Origin: an uncultured Alphaproteobacteria bacterium | GTDB lineage: Bacteria; Pseudomonadota; Alphaproteobacteria; Rhizobiales; Beijerinckiaceae | DNA: 64,000 nt | Assembly (NCBI GenBank): GCA_963723285.1 | Contig: CAVRQD010000006.1 | Coordinates: 14,196 to 78,195 of the forward strand | Reading direction: 5' to 3' | Shown: positions 1-8,456 of the stretch, in pieces | Numbering within the stretch: position 1 is the stretch's first letter | Layout: each line of letters starts with the position of its first letter | Notes under the pieces: generated by a model | What the model saw: the letters and a program-made list of their open reading frames with translations, nothing else | Database searches by the model: none | What the model was told of the DNA's origin: nothing | Program-made: the position numbers and the translations under genes

Positions 1-1570
1 TTTTCGTGCCTGTCAGGTTCGGCCCTTGCGGCGAGCCCTTGGCGTCAGACCCGTGACAGCCGCCGCAGGTGCCGTTTTCCACCTCGCCGTGGAAGATGCG
101 GTCGCCCAGCGCGAGCTGGTCGCGCGTCACGCCCAGCGCCAGCGGCAGGCTATTCGCGTCGGGGCGTCCGGCATCGGGATGGACGCCTTCTGGCGGCGGG
201 GGATTGTCGGCCGCGCTGATCGTCGATGGCGTCCCCGGCGCGGGCACGATGGGAGCACTCCGCGCGCCGTGAAAGGTCAGCCGCCAGATACGGCCATGCA
301 CATCATCGGAGACGAAGATCGCACCGTCCGGCGCGCCCGCGAGCCCGGTGGGGCGAAAGGCAGCACGGCCTGGCTCCAGATAGCGGCCGGCGAAACCGTC
401 GGCGAAAACGATGAAATTGCCCGCCGCCTTGCCGTCCTTCAACGGTTGGAAGACGACGTTGTAGCCGCCCTGCGGCAGGGGTGCGCGATTCCACGAGCCG
501 TGGAAGGCGAGGAAGGCGCCGCCGCGATAGGCAGCCGGAAGACGCGGAAAATTGTCGATCAAAAGATCGTTCGGCGCCCAATGCGCGGGGAAGAAGGCAA
601 CCGGAACTTTCTTCCCGGCACAGACGCCCCGTATCCTGCCGCCATCGCCGCCATATTCCGGCGCCAGCACGAGCTTCTGCTGATAGCCGTCGAAATAGCA
701 TTCCGGCCAGCCGAAATCGGCGCCTTGGGTCAATTCGACGAGTTCTTCCGCCGGCAGTTCGGCGCCGGCTTTCGGCGTGTAGAGCTTCGGCCAGTTCTGC
801 CAGAGCTGGTCGCGGCCGTGCTGTGTGCCGAAGAGCCGGCCGGCGGCATCGAAGCCGAAGCCCTCGCCATTGCGCACGCCCGTCGCATAGCGCTCGGCGG
901 GCGAGAATTTCTGGCCGAGCTTGTCGGCGCTGTAGCGCCAGACGCCGGCGCGGGTCTCTAGTTCTTTGCAAGGACTGAGGCCCGGCGATTCGAGCATCCG
1001 GTTCTGCGCCTGGCAGGAATTCGTCGGCGAGCCGGAATCGATGAACATGTTGCCCTGCGTGTCGATGATGAAGGGATGCATCGGATGATCGCCGGTGATC
1101 GGCAGGCCCGAGAGCACGACCTGATATTGGCTGTCCGGCACGATCGCATCTTTTGGCAGCGCGAAGCGGACGATCTTGTCGTTCTCCTCGGCATAGATCG
1201 CACCGTTGTAATAGGCGATGCCGGTGCCGCCGGCCGAGCCTTGCACAACGCCGTCGCCGAAGCGCGTGATGATGTCGGCGTGGCCTGTGCCTTTGCTGTC
1301 TTTCAGCGCGATGAGAAAGCCGCCCGGCGGCGGCGTGTCGTTGTCGTAATAGACGCCGCTCCAGGTGTTGACGTAAAGCACGCCGTCCGGCGCCACGGCC
1401 ATGTGGCGCACATGGCCGAGCTTGTCGGCGAAGATCGTCGCACACCAGCCGGGCGAGAGCTTGAGGCCGCCGTTGTCGCCGCCGCACGCGGTACGGGCAA
1501 AGGCTGGCGCGGTCATGACGCAACATCCGCCAAGCGTCAGGGCCATGACGGTCAGGGCACGTTTCAGCAT
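1..1570 (-). CDS. PQQ-dependent glucose/sorbosone-type dehydrogenase fused to a C-terminal c-type cytochrome (partial, runs off the left edge)
   Basis: Manual translation from ATG at 1570 (RBS GGAG): MLKRALTVMALTLGGCCVMTAPAFARTACGGDNGGLKLSPGWCATIFAD...YATGVRNGEG...FGWPECY...HWAPND...AFHGSWNR...RPTGLAGAPDGAIFVSDD. These are beta-propeller GSDH motifs. CGGCH heme motif at 53-67. Absent from the ORF track because it has no stop inside the window. Confidence 0.9.
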   Translation of the reverse strand, partial: MLKRALTVMALTLGGCCVMTAPAFARTACGGDNGGLKLSPGWCATIFADKLGHVRHMAVAPDGVLYVNTWSGVYYDNDTPPPGGFLIALKDSKGTGHADIITRFGDGVVQGSAGGTGIAYYNGAIYAEENDKIVRFALPKDAIVPDSQYQVVLSGLPITGDHPMHPFIIDTQGNMFIDSGSPTNSCQAQNRMLESPGLSPCKELETRAGVWRYSADKLGQKFSPAERYATGVRNGEGFGFDAAGRLFGTQHGRDQLWQNWPKLYTPKAGAELPAEELVELTQGADFGWPECYFDGYQQKLVLAPEYGGDGGRIRGVCAGKKVPVAFFPAHWAPNDLLIDNFPRLPAAYRGGAFLAFHGSWNRAPLPQGGYNVVFQPLKDGKAAGNFIVFADGFAGRYLEPGRAAFRPTGLAGAPDGAIFVSDDVHGRIWRLTFHGARSAPIVPAPGTPSTISAADNPPPPEGVHPDAGRPDANSLPLALGVTRDQLALGDRIFHGEVENGTCGGCHGSDAKGSPQGPNLTGTK

Positions 1571-1611
1571 TACAAACTCCTGCCAGATTTTTGACGGCCG
1601 GTTTTCTCGCT

Positions 1612-2580
1612 TCACGGTGCAGGGATAGGCACTGCCGTGAGACGGAAGGGTAGAACCGGCTTCGGATCATCCTTATCGAAAAGGTGTTTGAGTTGACCTT
1701 CGGAGACCCAGGCTGTGTCGCCGAGTTGGGTCACGCCGGTTGGGCCGTTGAGATCATCCTTCAACGTCTCGATGGTCGCCTCATTGCCATCGAAAGTCAC
1801 GCGGTCGAGCTTGCCGACGCCTTCGACCAGAAGGAAGGCATCGCCGCCCAGAGGCCGAAGCCCATCCGTCAGGCCGAGCGATTGCGAAGGCTCGACGCGG
1901 CTGACGGCGGGCTTGCCGTTCGCGATATCGACGCGGAACAATTTGGCTTCGCTGTATGTGTCGACATAAAGCGTGCCGTCGGCGCCGAAGGCGATACCGT
2001 CGAGGCCTGTGCCCTTTCCTGGGTCGAATTGCGGATCGCTGATCCAGACGTCGAGCTTTTGCGCCGTCGGGTCGAGCTTGAGAATCTCGGGCTGGAGCGA
2101 ATTCGTCACGAAGACCGCGCCGTCCCTGTCGGTCGCGATATCGTTGCAGAAATTCTTCTTGCCGGGGAAACGCGCGCTGATCTTGCCGGCGCCAGTCTTG
2201 AGATCGAAACCTATCAGCCAGCTCCCCTTTACGGCGCTAGGGCCGGGCACGCCGAGGGCCGAAAGGTCGTTCGAGCAGGCCCAGAGCGTCCCGGATTTCT
2301 CATCCGCCAGCACGCCGAGGATCGAGCGCGTGCCGAAGGCGCCGGGCTTGATCCAGACTTCCGCCGCGCTCGCGCCCGGCGCGACGCGGAAAATGCCGCC
2401 GCTGGCAAAGCTTCCGGCATAGAGCGTGCCGTCCGCTGTCGCTGTCACGCTTTCGGGATAGGCCGCATCACCCGGCAAGCTCACGCTGTCGGGTCCGGCC
2501 CGAGCCGGCGCCACCGCTAGCAATAACGCTAGAAATCCCACGCCTGCGGTCACGCTCAGCAAGGTGATTGGACGGATCAT
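1612..2580 (-). CDS. Secreted SMP-30/gluconolactonase/LRE-family beta-propeller protein
   Basis: Signal peptide, then YPESV, FCNDIA and GLDGIAF blade motifs; ATG at 2580 with RBS GGAGG. Confidence 0.8.
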   Translation of the reverse strand: MIRPITLLSVTAGVGFLALLLAVAPARAGPDSVSLPGDAAYPESVTATADGTLYAGSFASGGIFRVAPGASAAEVWIKPGAFGTRSILGVLADEKSGTLWACSNDLSALGVPGPSAVKGSWLIGFDLKTGAGKISARFPGKKNFCNDIATDRDGAVFVTNSLQPEILKLDPTAQKLDVWISDPQFDPGKGTGLDGIAFGADGTLYVDTYSEAKLFRVDIANGKPAVSRVEPSQSLGLTDGLRPLGGDAFLLVEGVGKLDRVTFDGNEATIETLKDDLNGPTGVTQLGDTAWVSEGQLKHLFDKDDPKPVLPFRLTAVPIPAP

Positions 2581-2684
2581 GACCTCCCCCTTGGAATGGA
2601 TGCACTCTAATTGGCGGCCTCTGGGCGCCCATGCCAGCCTCGCTTGCGGAAATGTCATCCCGGAGCGACGTCAAAGCCATTGAT

Positions 2685-3356
2685 CTAAGCTTGGCGGGAA
2701 GCGAGGGCATGGCTGTCGAGCACTTGGATTCGCCCGCGATTGCTTTTGATCCAGCCCTTGCGTTCCCAATCGCCCAAGTGACGGCTCACAATCTCGCGAA
2801 CGCTCCCTATGTCAGCGGCGAGTTGCTGATGGGTCTTCGCGACCGTCCAAGTCGCATCGGCCTCGGCCAGAATCCGACGTGCTAGACGCTGCTCCACAGT
2901 CGCGAGCGCGACCGTGTCGATGAACGTAAACATCAAGCCGAGAAGGCTGGTATAATCACCCATCACATAATCGCGAAAGTGGGGAAGTTCAGCCATGAAT
3001 CGATGAAATACAGCTTTTGGAAGCGTCGCCAATTCCGTCCTGGCCTCAGCGACGCTTTCAGCCGGAAATTTGCTGTTCGATAGGAGGCATTGTGTGGTCA
3101 GTACACACGTGCCGCCGCCTTCGACCTTATAAAGCAGAACCTCGCGTCCGGTGCCGGTTGTCTTATAGACTCGCGTGCGCCCATCGATACACATGATGAA
3201 GTTCGGGCATTCCCAATCTTGCTGGTAGGCGATTTGACCTTCCTCCAGAACCGGAAACTTCACCGCCTCCGTGATCTGGGCGAAGTCCTTGGCGGCCAAG
3301 GTGCCGAGAAAAGGAAAACGCTCCACCCAGCGATCGATTTTGCGCACCTCGACCAT
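2685..3356 (-). CDS. Crp/Fnr family transcriptional regulator
   Basis: cNMP-binding-like N-terminal domain, C-terminal HTH THQQLAADIGSVREIVSRHL. Confidence 0.93.
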   Translation of the reverse strand: MVEVRKIDRWVERFPFLGTLAAKDFAQITEAVKFPVLEEGQIAYQQDWECPNFIMCIDGRTRVYKTTGTGREVLLYKVEGGGTCVLTTQCLLSNSKFPAESVAEARTELATLPKAVFHRFMAELPHFRDYVMGDYTSLLGLMFTFIDTVALATVEQRLARRILAEADATWTVAKTHQQLAADIGSVREIVSRHLGDWERKGWIKSNRGRIQVLDSHALASRQA

Positions 3357-3386
3357 ATCGCCTCACGACGTGCCTGCTGCCGGCTC

Positions 3387-3429
3387 GGTGACCTAGGTTA
3401 CCGACAAAAGACCAAATCCGTTATATAAT
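3387..3429 (+). promoter_or_regulatory. Crp-type palindrome GGTGA-N6-TTACC plus TATAAT -10 element (class II promoter geometry)
   Basis: Near-perfect palindrome GGTGACCTAGGTTACC at 3387-3402 and TATAAT at 3424-3429. The site centre is -41.5 from the implied +1 at 3436. Confidence 0.65.
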
Positions 3430-3486
3430 AATGGAAATCAACGACGAGCGTGGCCTAAATTGGCTGCCGAACTAGGAGGAAGGGCG

Positions 3487-4575
3487 ATGTACGACCAAAA
3501 GAAGAAAGCAAAACCCGCACGCCATCTTGCCGGACCGTTCCCATCCTTCCGCGCGCTGCTTTTCATTTTTGCGACAGTCCTGTCTTTCGCCGTTTTGGGG
3601 CGCGCGTGGGCTGCGGAGCCGGAATTTGGGGGCTATTGCGCCGAAGGACTTGTCCAGCATCATCTGATCAAGACCAATTGTAAGATCAACTGGACGAGTA
3701 AAGACGGCAAACTCTATTGCTTCTCCAACGACGCGGCGAAGGTCGAGTTTTTGAAGTCCCCGGACGAGAACATCGCGCGGGCGACCGACAATTACGCGGC
3801 CAATTCGATCGAGCAGATCGCTGGTGGCATGGATAAATATACGTCCGACGACGCGCAGGATTTCATCGACAAATACATCAAGGCCGAGGAGGCGAAGAGC
3901 GGCGGCGTTTTCGTTGTCAACGACCCGGTGACGGCGAGTTCGATCCCGCTTGTCTACGACAACGTTGATTTCACTCGGACGCTGGAAGGCTATGGTTTTT
4001 TCCCGGACGTGAACTTCCACGCCCGCGATGATGCCGCGAAGAAATATCTCGTCGATTTCTGGATCGCGCCGAAAGGCGACAAGCTCGGCATTATGGAAAC
4101 CCGCATTTACGAGGCGCCGGTCAAGGAAGGCAATACCTGGACGACGATGGAGCGCCAGCCAGCGCCATGGTGGTGGATTCCCGCCTCGGAACACCCGGGC
4201 AAGACCGAGCAAAAGCGCAGCTGGGAGATCATGTCGGCGATCGACGGCTATATCTCTGCCGAGACAGCCGCGCATCACGGCGTTCTGACGTTGAAAGACG
4301 ACAAGACGGGGCAGGACATTCCGCTTGAGTTCATCGACGTCCATCAGCCGATCCGGCGTCTCAAGGGCGACGGCAAATACTTCGCCTGCACCGATTTCAG
4401 AAAGAGGGGCACGAAAGACCAATTCTACGACATCGATTTTTGGGTCGACGCCAAGACCGGCAAGATGTCGGTGACCGACGTCAAAATTCACAAAGTGCCG
4501 GTTCTGATGAACGGATATTATGTCCAGATGCCCCGTTATCACTTCGACAAGAATACTTACGACATCGTCCCGTGA
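3487..4575 (+). CDS. Exported protein with a YHS-like N-terminal domain and two tandem copies of an uncharacterised domain
   Basis: RBS AGGAGGA. Hydrophobic signal segment ending AWA. PEFGGYC...DGKLYCFSNDAAKVEF is YHS-like. Internal repeat ...YLVDFWI...IYEAP / ...YDIDFWV...IHKVP. Confidence 0.8.
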   Translation: MYDQKKKAKPARHLAGPFPSFRALLFIFATVLSFAVLGRAWAAEPEFGGYCAEGLVQHHLIKTNCKINWTSKDGKLYCFSNDAAKVEFLKSPDENIARATDNYAANSIEQIAGGMDKYTSDDAQDFIDKYIKAEEAKSGGVFVVNDPVTASSIPLVYDNVDFTRTLEGYGFFPDVNFHARDDAAKKYLVDFWIAPKGDKLGIMETRIYEAPVKEGNTWTTMERQPAPWWWIPASEHPGKTEQKRSWEIMSAIDGYISAETAAHHGVLTLKDDKTGQDIPLEFIDVHQPIRRLKGDGKYFACTDFRKRGTKDQFYDIDFWVDAKTGKMSVTDVKIHKVPVLMNGYYVQMPRYHFDKNTYDIVP

Positions 4576-4610
4576 CGATGCTGTGATCGCTTGCGCGCTG
4601 GGGGTGCTGA

Positions 4611-5219
4611 TCATCGCAGTAGTTTCTGAATGATGATCCGCACCTCCGGCTCGCGCGCGCTGGCCGGGCCGTCAAATTCGTTGAAATAGAATTCGCGCGC
4701 GATCTGCGCCAGAAAGCCGATGATCGCCGAGGCGAGAAAACGCGACACGGCGTCATCGGATTGTGAACCGGGACTGCACTGTGCCGCAGCGGCGACCAGG
4801 CCGCGGACGCGCCCGAGGATCGACACCGTCCGCAGCGCGGGCGCAGTAAGCCGCCAGAAGCGCCGCAGATTGTCCTGAACCATCAGCACGGCTTCGATGT
4901 CTTCATCCATGAGGCGAAGCATAGCGGCGGCGATGGCGAGGATGCGCTTGCGCGGATCCGTCTCCGCGCAAGAGCTTTCGGCCGCGAGCGCATGCCGCGT
5001 CAGCCAGCCATAGCAGCGCTCGAAAAGACAGAGCGCCATCTCCGTCTTGGTATCGAAATGTTTGAAGATGGCGGGATTGGTGAAGCCGCTGCGGCTGGCG
5101 ATGTCGCGCACGCTCGTTGCGTCTATCCCGTCTCGGACGAACAGTGAAAGGGCTGCGTCGAGCGCGGCGGCCTTCGATGGTGGATCGTCTGCATCGAAGA
5201 TCGCCGCGCGTTTGCTCAC
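4611..5219 (-). CDS. TetR/AcrR family regulator
   Basis: N-terminal HTH GIDATSVRDIASRSGFTNPAIFKHF. Confidence 0.92.
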   Translation of the reverse strand: MSKRAAIFDADDPPSKAAALDAALSLFVRDGIDATSVRDIASRSGFTNPAIFKHFDTKTEMALCLFERCYGWLTRHALAAESSCAETDPRKRILAIAAAMLRLMDEDIEAVLMVQDNLRRFWRLTAPALRTVSILGRVRGLVAAAAQCSPGSQSDDAVSRFLASAIIGFLAQIAREFYFNEFDGPASAREPEVRIIIQKLLR

Positions 5220-6037
5220 GGATGTAGAAGCTCCAGTTCGTTTAGCCGTTGCTCCGAGCGCGGATCATGCGCCGGCAGAAAGACGACAGGTTCCTTCCGC
5301 GCGAAATCGCGAATCGTGCGCATCGTCTCAGTCGCGTGCTCCGGCTGGCCATGGCCTCCGGCCAATTCACCGCGCAAAAGCTGATCCTGCGTGTAGACCG
5401 CATCGCCGGCGAAGAAGAATGTCACGCCGCCGCGCCGCAGAACGATGGAGCAGTGATGCGGCGTATGACCCGGCGTCGGTACGGCGAAAAGATCGCCGGC
5501 GCGCGTGAGCTGAAAGCTCGCACCGAATGGCGAGGCTGCGTCGGGCTTCAGGTCGAGACATTGCGGTTGCATGGGCGCAAGAAGCCGCTTGGGCGCATGG
5601 TAGGGATGTTGCCATTCGCCGCGGTTGACCATGACTATGGGCGCCGCGAGATCGGCAAGCCCGTCAATATGGTCGCTATGCAAATGCGTCAGCACCACGC
5701 GCAAGCCCGCGCTGCTGCGTCCCAGCTCTCGCAACTTCGATCCCAATCCCTCTCCGGGCTTGATGATAAAGCGGCAGACTTGGCGCAGCAACCAAGCGTC
5801 GAAAGGTCCCTGCGTGCTTTCGATATGGTCGGGCTGGACCGCCGCATCGCACATTCCGGCATCAATCAGAATGCTACCTTCCTCATGCTCGATCAGCCAA
5901 CAGAGGACCGGCAGTTCGGGCGCATAGCTGCGGCTCGCAATTATGCGCAATTTGCTCGTGATCGGGCCGCCCTGACGGGTGAGAAATGGCCGCTTCACCA
6001 GGACTCCGCCTGTCCGTATCGCATGAATTCCGTGCAT
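5216..6037 (-). CDS. N-acyl homoserine lactonase-like metallo-beta-lactamase fold hydrolase
   Basis: THLHSDHIDG, TPGHTPHH, GDA and PAHD metal ligands; RBS GAGGAGG before ATG 6037; 4-bp overlap with the tetR gene. Confidence 0.85.
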   Translation of the reverse strand: MHGIHAIRTGGVLVKRPFLTRQGGPITSKLRIIASRSYAPELPVLCWLIEHEEGSILIDAGMCDAAVQPDHIESTQGPFDAWLLRQVCRFIIKPGEGLGSKLRELGRSSAGLRVVLTHLHSDHIDGLADLAAPIVMVNRGEWQHPYHAPKRLLAPMQPQCLDLKPDAASPFGASFQLTRAGDLFAVPTPGHTPHHCSIVLRRGGVTFFFAGDAVYTQDQLLRGELAGGHGQPEHATETMRTIRDFARKEPVVFLPAHDPRSEQRLNELELLHP

Positions 6038-6072
6038 GAGACTTGCCCTCCTCGGGAGACCGCAAGGTTGCA

Positions 6073-6101
6073 GAGTTAGCAATTGCTAACTCAATGGTCA
6101 A
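6073..6101 (-). promoter_or_regulatory. sigma70-like promoter (TTGACC-N17-TAACTC) overlapping a perfect 20-bp operator GAGTTAGCAATTGCTAACTC
   Basis: Perfect palindrome at 6073-6092 covers the spacer and -10 upstream of the lactonase-tetR operon. Confidence 0.7.
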
Positions 6102-6259
6102 GCCGCAAAAGTTCGCGGTGGGGGACGGACATTCGGAGGGGCATGTGTAAACTGTCACATCGGGCGGCTATGCCGGCCCTCGGGGCGATTGACATGCCCG
6201 AACGGGGCTGCCTTATTCCCGGCCTGCAGTCGTTGTTTAAATTTGAGCACGAGGCCTTC

Positions 6260-6859
6260 ATGACACATGCGATTTCGCGCTTCCGCGCTTTTTTTCTCGT
6301 CGTCCTGCTTGGGCTTTCGGTTTCGGCCTGCGGCTATAACCAGATCCCGACCTTGCAGCAGAATGCCCAGGCGAAATGGGCCGATGTGCAAAATAATTAT
6401 CAACGCCGGGCCGACCTCATCCCCAATCTCGTCGCGACCGTCCAGGGCTATGCCAAGCAGGAGAAGGATGTCCTGACCCAGGTTACCGAGGCCCGCGCCA
6501 AGGCGACACAGATCCACGTCGATGCCAACGACCTCACCGATCCGGCGAAACTCAAGGCGTTCCAGGATGCGCAAGCGCAACTCGGCGGTGCACTTGGCCG
6601 CCTGCTCGCGGTCAGTGAAAACTATCCGGATCTGAAATCGAACCAGAACTTCCTGGCGCTGCAATCGCAGCTCGAAGGCACGGAGAACCGTATCGCCGTC
6701 GCGCGCCGCGATTATATCGAGGCGGTGCGGCAATATAATACCGCGCTCGTCACCTTCCCTGGCGTTCTCTGGGCTTCGACCTTCTTCCGCAATGCCAAGC
6801 CGATGGCGGAATTCGCCGCCAACGAAAACGCCCAGACAGCGCCGCAAGTAAAGTTCTAA
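6260..6859 (+). CDS. lemA: LemA family protein (lipoprotein-like)
   Basis: VSACGYN lipobox, YQRRADLIPNLV, ENYPDLKSNQNFLALQSQLEGTENRIAVARRDY. Confidence 0.95.
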   Translation: MTHAISRFRAFFLVVLLGLSVSACGYNQIPTLQQNAQAKWADVQNNYQRRADLIPNLVATVQGYAKQEKDVLTQVTEARAKATQIHVDANDLTDPAKLKAFQDAQAQLGGALGRLLAVSENYPDLKSNQNFLALQSQLEGTENRIAVARRDYIEAVRQYNTALVTFPGVLWASTFFRNAKPMAEFAANENAQTAPQVKF

Positions 6860-6861
6860 GA

Positions 6862-7704
6862 GTGACCTCTGACCCGGCTGGCGCCGGAGGCGGCGGAATG
6901 GTTGCGGACCGCGCAAGAGCCTTGCTCGCCACTCGCAGTGCGCGTGCGATCCTCGCGATCGCCGCGCTCGTCTGCGTTTGGGCGTTCGCGCAGGTCGCCG
7001 TTGCCTATACCTTCCCCGCCCTCACCGGCCGCGTCGTCGATCAGGCGAACATCATTCCGGATGCGACGCGGCAGGAGATCACCCAAAAGCTCGCCGATCT
7101 CGAACAAAAGTCCGGCATCCAGCTTGTCGTCGCCACGGTCAATTCGCTCGAAGACGGCGACATCGAGACCTATGCCAATGAACTCTTCCGCACCTGGAAG
7201 CTCGGCGAGAAGGACAAGAACAACGGCGTGCTGCTGCTGGTCGCGCCGAACGAGCACAAGGTCCGCATCGAGGTCGGCTACGGCCTCGAAGGCACGCTCA
7301 CCGACGCCCTGTCGAAGCTCATCATCATCAATGCGATGACGCCGCGCTTCAAGGCCGGCGATTTCGGCGGCGGCATATCGCGCGGCGTCGATGACATCAT
7401 CACTGTGCTCACCACCAATTCATCGCAATGGCAGCCGCGCCTGCAATTGCGCGCCGACGCGGACAAGAATTCGGACGACATCGGCTGGGTGCTGCTCGGG
7501 GGCATCATCATCCTCGTCGTGCTGCTCGGTGTCTCGCCGGGGTTCCGCTGGTTTTTCTTCAACGTGCTGCTGAGCATGCTGCTGAGTTCCGGCAGTTCGC
7601 GCGGCGGCGGCTTCTCCGGCGGCGGGTCGTGGGGCGATGGTGGTGGCGGCTTTTCCGGCGGCGGCGGTTCGTCGGGCGGCGGCGGCGCCTCGGGAGGGTG
7701 GTGA
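6862..7704 (+). CDS. TPM domain (YgcG/DUF477) membrane protein with Gly-rich tail
   Basis: LTGRVVDQANII, WKLGEKDKNNGVLLLVAPNEHKVRIEVGYGLEG, GGGGFSGGGGSSGGGGASGGW. Alternative start at 6898. Confidence 0.93.
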   Translation: MTSDPAGAGGGGMVADRARALLATRSARAILAIAALVCVWAFAQVAVAYTFPALTGRVVDQANIIPDATRQEITQKLADLEQKSGIQLVVATVNSLEDGDIETYANELFRTWKLGEKDKNNGVLLLVAPNEHKVRIEVGYGLEGTLTDALSKLIIINAMTPRFKAGDFGGGISRGVDDIITVLTTNSSQWQPRLQLRADADKNSDDIGWVLLGGIIILVVLLGVSPGFRWFFFNVLLSMLLSSGSSRGGGFSGGGSWGDGGGGFSGGGGSSGGGGASGGW

Positions 7705-8312
7705 TGATCTCGGAAACAGACCGCGCCCATATCGCCGACGCCATCCGCGCCGCCGAGTCACGGACCTCAGGCGAGATCGTCTGCGTTCTGGCGCAGAGTT
7801 CGGCGCAGCCTGGCGCCCTGCCGGTCCTCATTGCCGCTCTTGTGGCGCTGGCGTTGCCCTGGGTGCTCGTTTCCTTCACCGATTTCGCTGTCGAGCGCAT
7901 CCTGCTGCTGCAGATTTTGGTCTTTCTTCTGCTTCTGGTCCTTTTGCTGCTGCCCCCGGTTTCAGCGGCGCTGATCCCCCGCCGGGCGCGGCGGGCGGCG
8001 GCCTATCGCGCCGCGGCCGAGCAATTCGTCGTCCGCGGCATCGCTCGCAAGAAGGACCGCAGCGGCATTTTGATCTTCGTCTCGCTGGCCGAACACTATG
8101 CGCGCATTATCGCCGACGAGGGGATCGCCGCGCGCGTTCCCCAGGCCGAGTGGCAGGCGGCGGTCGATCTGCTCGTCGCGCAGATGCGTGCCGGCCGGAT
8201 CGCCGATGGCTTCACTGGTGCGATCGGCGTCTGCGCGGACGTGCTGGCGGCGCATTTTCCACGGACGCCGGGGAGCCAGGACGAATTGCCGGACCGGATT
8301 TACCTCATTTAA
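7704..8312 (+). CDS. TPM domain membrane protein (third gene of the lemA operon)
   Basis: MISETDRAHIADAIRAAESRTSGEIV..., GILIFVSLAEHYARIIADEGI, DELPD; start overlaps the upstream stop. Confidence 0.9.
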   Translation: MISETDRAHIADAIRAAESRTSGEIVCVLAQSSAQPGALPVLIAALVALALPWVLVSFTDFAVERILLLQILVFLLLLVLLLLPPVSAALIPRRARRAAAYRAAAEQFVVRGIARKKDRSGILIFVSLAEHYARIIADEGIAARVPQAEWQAAVDLLVAQMRAGRIADGFTGAIGVCADVLAAHFPRTPGSQDELPDRIYLI

Positions 8313-8456
8313 GGCGCGCGGCGGCGATATGCCTCGCGAACGCCGCTGGACAGACGCGGCCTTGAGTGGAATCTGGAATGCGGAATGCCCATCTCACGTA
8401 TTGCAGTCCTGCATTTCTAAAGCTGAGAATTCTTCCGCCCTTTCCGGAGCTGCGCA

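Noticed and set aside
303-1670. 455-aa minus-strand ORF in the track
   Set aside because: Wrong frame of the real dehydrogenase gene; Arg-rich nonsense. The true frame starts at 1570.
6260-8312. lemA-TPM-TPM as a novel system
   Set aside because: Widespread, already described three-gene arrangement.
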